64,000 nt of DNA, taken from Patescibacteria group bacterium (lineage in GTDB: Bacteria > Patescibacteriota > Microgenomatia > UBA1400 > MFAQ01). The notes beneath the pieces are model-generated. The model made no database searches. It was not told the DNA's origin and saw nothing but the letters and a program-made list of their open reading frames with translations. The stretch is from positions 64,397 to 128,396 of the forward strand of contig CALRDV010000002.1 in the NCBI GenBank assembly GCA_943355005.1, read 5' to 3'. The position numbers and the translations under genes were made by a program. Below, piece by piece: positions 58,087 to 64,000 of this stretch. The first letter of the stretch is position 1; every line of letters starts with the position of its first letter.

Positions 58087-59958
58087 CTAACGGATTGTCA
58101 AACTCAGTACTTCTTTCTTGCGAATTACATAGATCCCTTTAGAACTTGGCAACAAGAACGAATTCTCGTCGACATATGGTTCTGTATCGGGAAATTCCTT
58201 TGTCTGAACAATTCTGCCGTTTACGATTTCGGCACGAACTATCCCGTCATTGGTAGCATTCAAGATAAAGTCACCTATTGGCAGCTTACCTCGAATTTTT
58301 CCTAACCAGGAACCATCCCCATTTTCACACTCCTCAGTGGCCTCAATTTCCCCCAGTGAGTTAATCACCTGAACTCTGTTGATGATCTTGGAGCCACTCT
58401 TTTCCGTAGTCATAAACCATGCATGAGTACCGGCGAACACACAAGTCGAATCGATCAATTGTCCTTTAACGGGAACAATCTTTACAGAATCGTTAATACC
58501 GGACCTATTAGCGTCAAACACAAAAGCGCGAGTCAAATTATCAGCCCGGTAAAAACCAAAGCCAAATTTTTCACCCACCCAAAAAAGCGTCTGACCTTCA
58601 AGAACACTTCCGATGATCTCGGGACCTAAAGATTCATCACGATAGAGAAAACCACCGCTAGACCAGTAGTAATGTTTAGAATTAGCGTCGATGGTCGGTA
58701 AGTTCCCAAAGGAATCCACCGCAATCTTCTCAGCCGCTTTTCCGTTTTCCAAGACTACCATCAGTCCATTTTTAGCCACTATCGTCTTGTTTGCCTGTAT
58801 CCGATACCTCATACCCACATCCAAGCCACCTTCCAAACTTACTGCTCCATCTTCACGAAGAAACCGACCATTTTCGTTATAGAGGTATTTCAACTCTCCT
58901 TTTTGCACTGTTGCGTATACTATCAAACCTCCTGTTTGAAAAGCAAAATCTACCCGGACGTTTCCTCTGATCTGGGTTACCTTCTGAGCTGCCACTCCGG
59001 CAGAACAATTAGGGCAGATACTTCGAGCATGCTCATAACCACAGTTCAGACATTTTCCAAACCTAATCTGCAAAAGCTTTGTCGGGAACTCTCCTCTTTC
59101 TCCTTTTTCAAAGGTTTTAAAAAAGAAATCCAATAAATCATCCGGCAGAATATGCATTGGGGTCGCCGGTTTTGGATAAACCACTTCAGGGTTAAAAATA
59201 CTTATTCCCCGGAGAGGTCTTGCATCCAGTGTCACCAAGTTTTTTCTATCTTTCGGCTTATAAACTCCTCCCCACGGACGCACATACAATAGTGCTTCCA
59301 TGAGCATAACGACATAGGCGTACCAATCAGACAAGTCATCGTGAGGCTTGATCATCTTCAGAGACTTCTGTTTAGGATCACAATGCTTCGGATCTACATA
59401 AGCAGCCGTAAACATTGGACTCAAATATTTACTATTCCCCATACTGTCAGCATCACACAATTTTGCCTTTGCTTGCTTGATTAACACATTAAGACTATTA
59501 AAATCAGAAATTACTACTCCGGCTTCATGGGTCTGTTTCACCGTGGGGTGTAGATCGGCAAAGATCTGCATCATCACATTGTTTCCAATACCACCGACTT
59601 CACGAAAGTCCCTATCAAGATACTGCATCAAAGTTTCATAACCTTTCAAGTACTCCATTTCATAACCCAATATTTTTCTCCCGGACAAGTCCGTAAGAAG
59701 ATCTAGGGGCACCACCACACTTGATGGCAACATGGCAAAAGGAAACTCTCGAAGTTTCGTTTGATGCATAATAATTCTTTTTTCTGCTTCTTTTTGTTGA
59801 TCCGGAAACATATCAAAATCAGGATCGTTTCTTTCCTTAAAGATTTTCCCTACCCTGGAAGGGCTAGTTTCGTAAATATATGCTTCCCCGCCTTTCCCTC
59901 TCAACTTACTGGGATCCAAGGGAACTCTTTCTCCATTTCTATAAGCAACTCTATGCAT
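58087..59958 (-). CDS. Ser/Thr protein-kinase-like protein with zinc ribbon and beta-rich C-terminal domain
   Basis: GKGGEAYIY, GKIFK, SDFNSLNV, DADS, DWY, CLNC..CPNC. Confidence 0.85.
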   Translation of the reverse strand: MHRVAYRNGERVPLDPSKLRGKGGEAYIYETSPSRVGKIFKERNDPDFDMFPDQQKEAEKRIIMHQTKLREFPFAMLPSSVVVPLDLLTDLSGRKILGYEMEYLKGYETLMQYLDRDFREVGGIGNNVMMQIFADLHPTVKQTHEAGVVISDFNSLNVLIKQAKAKLCDADSMGNSKYLSPMFTAAYVDPKHCDPKQKSLKMIKPHDDLSDWYAYVVMLMEALLYVRPWGGVYKPKDRKNLVTLDARPLRGISIFNPEVVYPKPATPMHILPDDLLDFFFKTFEKGERGEFPTKLLQIRFGKCLNCGYEHARSICPNCSAGVAAQKVTQIRGNVRVDFAFQTGGLIVYATVQKGELKYLYNENGRFLREDGAVSLEGGLDVGMRYRIQANKTIVAKNGLMVVLENGKAAEKIAVDSFGNLPTIDANSKHYYWSSGGFLYRDESLGPEIIGSVLEGQTLFWVGEKFGFGFYRADNLTRAFVFDANRSGINDSVKIVPVKGQLIDSTCVFAGTHAWFMTTEKSGSKIINRVQVINSLGEIEATEECENGDGSWLGKIRGKLPIGDFILNATNDGIVRAEIVNGRIVQTKEFPDTEPYVDENSFLLPSSKGIYVIRKKEVLSLTIR

Positions 59959-59970
59959 GGGGTCTCCTTT

Positions 59971-60840
59971 CTACAATCTACTAACGACCACCACAGCTAA
60001 ATCGTCCTTTAGAATCGCCGGTTGTGTTTCCATTTCGGACACAGCCCAATCAATTCTCTTTTTTTCGGTAGCTAACAAGTTTAGTCTCCACCCTAATGCT
60101 TCAGTGTTTTCAAAATACTCCTTGTTACTCCAAAAATCTTCAGGGCCACCCACGGGATTTCTTGTTCCGGGAACGATTTTTGTCGGATCTTTAAGAAACC
60201 ATTCAATCCCATCAGTAGCGATCATCGCTGATTGCACTGTTTTTGTGGAGACCGCATGCCGAACCCTCAGTCTCAAATCTTCTGTGGTCAATCTTTTCGA
60301 GGTCGTTCCAACCAAATTATACGCAAGACAAGGGGGCATATTATCAACATCTTTGGCAAACATTTCGTACATTTGACCATTTAAGAAATAATTTCCATCT
60401 CCTGTGCCGAAAAACAAAGTGATTTCGGGAGTTACTACCATTCCCACAATAGTAAACAAAAAATGTTTAATTATGGCTCTGGAATAACTTCCCCCCATTG
60501 CGTGTGAAGTAGACTCAATTAGGTTTAGAGTGTGCTTTTGAGTTTCCTCCCACAACTCTCTCCCCCTTAACATCGAATTCCACTTCCACTTTGGCGCACT
60601 TTCCAGACGGCCGGCAATATAGTTTGCAATGGCTGTAACACCAATTGTTGACCCAACTTCAGCGTGAAGAGAATCAATCGGGTCTCCCATTCCATCTCCT
60701 ACAACAGCGACCAATAAATCTTGTTTCTCAACCACAAGAAGTGCGTCTTGACAGTTTTTTTTGATCCTTACATGATCGGCGCCAATTACAATTCCCGAAG
60801 AAACTTTGATCTGATTCACAAAAACCTCCTTAACTCTCAA
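59971..60840 (-). CDS. PP2C-like (PP2C_2) protein phosphatase
   Basis: GADH....NCQDA, VVGDGMG, GDG, IATDG, DDLAVV; TTG start. Confidence 0.87.
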   Translation of the reverse strand: MRVKEVFVNQIKVSSGIVIGADHVRIKKNCQDALLVVEKQDLLVAVVGDGMGDPIDSLHAEVGSTIGVTAIANYIAGRLESAPKWKWNSMLRGRELWEETQKHTLNLIESTSHAMGGSYSRAIIKHFLFTIVGMVVTPEITLFFGTGDGNYFLNGQMYEMFAKDVDNMPPCLAYNLVGTTSKRLTTEDLRLRVRHAVSTKTVQSAMIATDGIEWFLKDPTKIVPGTRNPVGGPEDFWSNKEYFENTEALGWRLNLLATEKKRIDWAVSEMETQPAILKDDLAVVVVSRL

Positions 60841-60873
60841 TTTTGTAGTTCAATTTTCAAGGAACCAAATACT

Positions 60874-60926
60874 TAGTGTATTTATGACACCATTATATAC
60901 CAAATCTTAGTGTTGTCAATACACTA
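60874..60926 (-). promoter_or_regulatory. TTGACA-N16-TATAAT promoter with two TAGTGT-N7-ACAC operators (NrtR-like)
   Basis: Boxes at 60874-60892 (TAGTGT ATTTATG ACACCA) and 60908-60926 (TAGTGT TGTCAAT ACACTA). Minus-strand -35 at 60914-60919 and -10 at 60892-60897. Confidence 0.8.
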
Positions 60927-61074
60927 TTTTGAACCTAAATAAGGTTCATGCGCTCTATTATATAGACATTTCCCTCAAAATTACCCACTCGTAGGTAATT
61001 CGTACAGCAAGAACTTTTATAGGATATTTTTGCACCATTTTGACTTACCTGAACAAAACTTATAAAATACCCTC

Positions 61075-61635
61075 ATGAACAAAACGTCCCTGTTGATTAA
61101 ACCTACCATCCTTTCCATCACCTTTCTCCTTCTCACTTCCCCGGTATTTGCGGCCAATACAGACATTAAAGGCAAAAACCTTAAAAGTCTTCCGAAAATG
61201 GAAATCTCTGCCGTAAAAAATAAAATTTGCAAATCAAAAGAAGAAGATACCAAAACTCGCATGACTCAGCTTACGAAACTGGTAGCCTCCATGGAAACGG
61301 TTTTTGATCGAATCGCTGAAGGTGTCAAAAAATACTACACAGACAAGGTTCTTACTTCGGGGAAAACTGTGACTAACTACGACAAACTTGTCAAGGATAT
61401 TGCCGACAAAAAAGCACTTATTCAAACACAGCTTGACAAGGCAAAGTCAGATATCGGCAATTTAAATTGTGAGGATGGCACAGCTAAGAATACTACTGCT
61501 CAATTTCACACCAATATGAAAGCCGTCAAAGAAGGTCTAAAAAACTACAGAAAATCTGTCAATACTCTCATCGTCGCAGTCCACACTGTTGATAAAAACA
61601 TCAAAGTGTCACCCACCATTACTCCGGCCAATTAA
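61075..61635 (+). CDS. secreted helical/coiled-coil hypothetical protein
   Basis: Signal peptide ending VFA, Lys-rich helices, two Cys. Confidence 0.75.
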   Translation: MNKTSLLIKPTILSITFLLLTSPVFAANTDIKGKNLKSLPKMEISAVKNKICKSKEEDTKTRMTQLTKLVASMETVFDRIAEGVKKYYTDKVLTSGKTVTNYDKLVKDIADKKALIQTQLDKAKSDIGNLNCEDGTAKNTTAQFHTNMKAVKEGLKNYRKSVNTLIVAVHTVDKNIKVSPTITPAN

Positions 61636-61650
61636 TATCACTCAAAGTCC

Positions 61651-61905
61651 ATGCCCAAAACAAACCAAAATAGCAATAAAGAAACCAAATTATTTTTACT
61701 AATTGTCCTTCTAGTCCTGGTAGGCTACCTTTTTACTTCTAAGAAAAGTGAAACTGCCAAAACAACAGCACCCGCTCCACTATCTGCCGAAAACATTACC
61801 GACACCTCAAGTCTTGAAAACGCTCAAGACAAGCTTAACTCTGTCAACATCGATTCTTTAGACCTAGAACTAAACAAACTAAACTCAGACTCTTCTGCTT
61901 TTTAG
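61651..61905 (+). CDS. small single-TM hypothetical protein
   Basis: TM segment followed by an acidic helical tail. Confidence 0.65.
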   Translation: MPKTNQNSNKETKLFLLIVLLVLVGYLFTSKKSETAKTTAPAPLSAENITDTSSLENAQDKLNSVNIDSLDLELNKLNSDSSAF

Positions 61906-61950
61906 GTCGACTCTCAAAGCTTCCTCACCTGCACGAACTTCCTCTTGCGC

Positions 61951-62007
61951 TTGACAATACTTAGTGTAAGCTATACACTACATTATGATAGTGTAATTAA
62001 TACACAA
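61951..62007 (+). promoter_or_regulatory. TTGACA-N17-TACACT promoter with two TAGTGT-N7-ACAC operators (NrtR-like)
   Basis: Boxes at 61962-61980 (TAGTGT AAGCTAT ACACTA) and 61989-62007 (TAGTGT AATTAAT ACACAA). -35 at 61951-61956 and -10 at 61974-61979. Confidence 0.8.
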
Positions 62008-62008
62008 T

Positions 62009-62929
62009 ATGACAAAACCACTTAAAGCTGTTTACTGTTACTACTTTCCTGAAGTCAGAAAAATAATTGATGAAGCTACCTCCTCTTATCCTCACGAAAT
62101 TTTTCTCAAATCCGTCAATCCCGGTCTCGACGATTTTCACCATAAAGCTCTAGACGCCTACATCAAACACTTTAAATATGAACTTCCAGATCTTAATTCC
62201 TTCCCCTTCAAATATGTTTCAGGTGGAGCTAGTGAGAGTATCTTTCACCTCCTTTCTTATATCAAAGCAAACAGACCGGATACCCCACTTTATGTCCTAA
62301 AAGGTGAATACGAAGGTTATGCCGGCTATGGTTCGAACTTAGGCCTTAGATTTACCATAGTGAATGATCTGTTGGATTTACTCACCCTCCCCAAAGGCAT
62401 TCTCTTTCTATCAAACCCTTCAGCGCGGGACGGCAATATCATTCCCGACTCAGAAATTCTAAAAGTTGCTGATTCGGGCCAGCAAATAATTTACGATGCA
62501 ACTTATGTTGGCCTTACAGATCCTCACCGATTCGAGCTAGGTCACCCAAATATAATCGCCGTAATTGTTTCGCTTAGTAAACCTTTCGGTCTCTACTACT
62601 ATCGCATTGGCTTTACCTTTAGCAGGTTCGAGATAAAAACTCTTGAAGTTAACAAGTGGTTTAAAAATATCTTATCTCTCATCATCGCCGAAAAAGTATT
62701 AAACCAAATTGATTCAAAAAAACTTGTCAACCAGTACCGGGTTCTTCAAAAGAAAGCCGTCTCTCAAATGAATTCTGATTTAGGACTTGATGCCAAGCCA
62801 AGCCAAGTGGTTTTACTTGCTCATTCCAATCAAGAGTCAAACCCCTCAATGGAAATTTACAACCGAGGCAGCAACTATCGATTTTGCCTTACACCATATT
62901 ATTTAATCAAAGAAAGGGGTTATATCTAA
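62009..62929 (+). CDS. compact PLP-dependent fold-type I enzyme (aminotransferase class I/II-like)
   Basis: GASESI, EYEGY, SNPSARDG, YDATY, SLSKPFGL...RIG (Schiff-base Lys). Confidence 0.8.
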   Translation: MTKPLKAVYCYYFPEVRKIIDEATSSYPHEIFLKSVNPGLDDFHHKALDAYIKHFKYELPDLNSFPFKYVSGGASESIFHLLSYIKANRPDTPLYVLKGEYEGYAGYGSNLGLRFTIVNDLLDLLTLPKGILFLSNPSARDGNIIPDSEILKVADSGQQIIYDATYVGLTDPHRFELGHPNIIAVIVSLSKPFGLYYYRIGFTFSRFEIKTLEVNKWFKNILSLIIAEKVLNQIDSKKLVNQYRVLQKKAVSQMNSDLGLDAKPSQVVLLAHSNQESNPSMEIYNRGSNYRFCLTPYYLIKERGYI

Positions 62930-62930
62930 G

Positions 62931-63809
62931 ATGAGACAAGCTGAAAACTTTAGTATTATTGCCGGAACCGGGGCCTGCAATGCTTCTTGCCCATTCTGTG
63001 TTTCCAAAATGACAGGTATTAAGGCTCTTGGTTTACACCCCCAGCCGATAAATTGGCGCAACTTTGAAAAAGCAGCCCGGCTTGCCAAAGATTACTTTGT
63101 GGGCAGTGTCATGATTACCGGCAAAGGTGAACCCACTCTCTTCCCCGACCAAATCACTTCTTATCTTGAGCATTTGGAACCTTACAAGTTTCCCTTAATA
63201 GATTTACAAACCAATGGAATCAACTTAATCAGCCAAAAAAACCGTTACGAATCCTACCTAAAAAAGTGGTACGACCTTGGTCTTTCCTGGATTGCGATTT
63301 CTATTATTCATTATATTCCGGAGGAAAATCACAAAGTTTACAACCCATATGCCAAAGAGTATATCGATCTTCCCAAACTGGTAAAACACCTAAAAAGCTT
63401 TGGTTATTCTGTCCGATTCAGTGTCACTATGCACAAGGGCGCTATCGATACTCCTAGAAAAGTTTTGAAAATAATCGAATTTGCTAAATCTCTGGGGGTT
63501 GAACAGCTCACGCTCAGAAAAATTGCTAAGCCAACCGTGAGCGAAAACGACGATATTGGAAAATGGACCAAAAAACATTTTTTGTCTGAAACGAAACTAT
63601 ATTTAATCAAAGCATTTATAGAAAAAATAGGTCACAGACTTCTTACCACGGGCCACAATGCGGGTATCTACGATGTGAATGGTCAGAACGTCTGTCTTAC
63701 AAACGCCCTCACCATCGATGCCGACCCATCTCAAATTCGTCAACTCATTTTCTTTCCTGATGGTCGGATTAAATTTGACTGGCAATACTCTGGAGCCACT
63801 TTACTTTGA
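62931..63809 (+). CDS. radical SAM protein of unknown substrate
   Basis: CNASCPFC, ITGKGEPTL, LQTNG; starts 1 nt after the PLP gene stop. Confidence 0.9.
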   Translation: MRQAENFSIIAGTGACNASCPFCVSKMTGIKALGLHPQPINWRNFEKAARLAKDYFVGSVMITGKGEPTLFPDQITSYLEHLEPYKFPLIDLQTNGINLISQKNRYESYLKKWYDLGLSWIAISIIHYIPEENHKVYNPYAKEYIDLPKLVKHLKSFGYSVRFSVTMHKGAIDTPRKVLKIIEFAKSLGVEQLTLRKIAKPTVSENDDIGKWTKKHFLSETKLYLIKAFIEKIGHRLLTTGHNAGIYDVNGQNVCLTNALTIDADPSQIRQLIFFPDGRIKFDWQYSGATLL

Positions 63810-64000
63810 TTCAGCCAAATCAGTTAAACACTTAACCGAACTTGTCACATTCCCTAGAGTAAAGATGCTAATTCCTCCAATGTTTAAGTCTGCCCTATTT
63901 TTCTCTGCCAACTCCTTCAGGAAATCATTCGGAGAAAATCCTGTTATCACCCCGGTCGCTAGCGAAGCCGCCAACTTTGGCTTAGATTTGAGAAAAGCAA
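63801..64000 (-). CDS. C-terminal fragment of a gene running off the window
   Basis: Open frame ...AFLKSKPKLAASLATGVITGFSPNDFLKELAEKNRADLNIGGISIFTLGNV...ESK-stop; product not assignable. Confidence 0.5.
   Translation of the reverse strand, partial: AFLKSKPKLAASLATGVITGFSPNDFLKELAEKNRADLNIGGISIFTLGNVTSSVKCLTDLAESK

Noticed and set aside
492-63785. Numerous antisense/overlapping ORFs in the six-frame track (e.g. 3576-4112, 6069-6656, 54853-55359, 56998-57585)
   Set aside because: They are shadows of well-supported genes on the opposite strand and have no recognisable motifs.
62931-63809. Calling the radical SAM a prokaryotic viperin
   Set aside because: Only generic radical SAM motifs are recognisable; viperin-specific residues could not be confirmed by eye.

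Overview
Gene-dense chromosomal window of a small-genome bacterium. Gene content points to Patescibacteria/CPR, probably Microgenomates (inference): archaeal-type ATP-dependent ligase, stand-alone 5'-3' exonuclease, class I aldolase, VirB4-like ATPase and tRNAs without encoded CCA. Most of it is housekeeping: DNA repair, ftsH/trpS, three tRNA genes, a B12-dependent ribonucleotide reductase module, two class A PBPs flanking a GH18 hydrolase, sugar-phosphate genes and a complete SUF Fe-S operon. The best candidate for an undescribed system is at 56.2-63.8 kb. Two divergent operons (PP2C phosphatase-kinase-nicotinamidase-vWA, and PLP enzyme-radical SAM) each carry two copies of the same TAGTGT-N7-ACAC(T/A/C)A palindrome over strong sigma70 promoters. 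This matches the NrtR (ADP-ribose-sensing) operator signature. Other notable items: a ~250-nt structured intergenic RNA with RNase-P-like features, a non-canonical initiator-like tRNA with its own strong promoter, a rare tRNA-Ile(UAU), palindromic repeats inserted in frame in SufU, and several apparent pseudo-enzymes. All protein calls come from motifs read by eye; no database searches were run.
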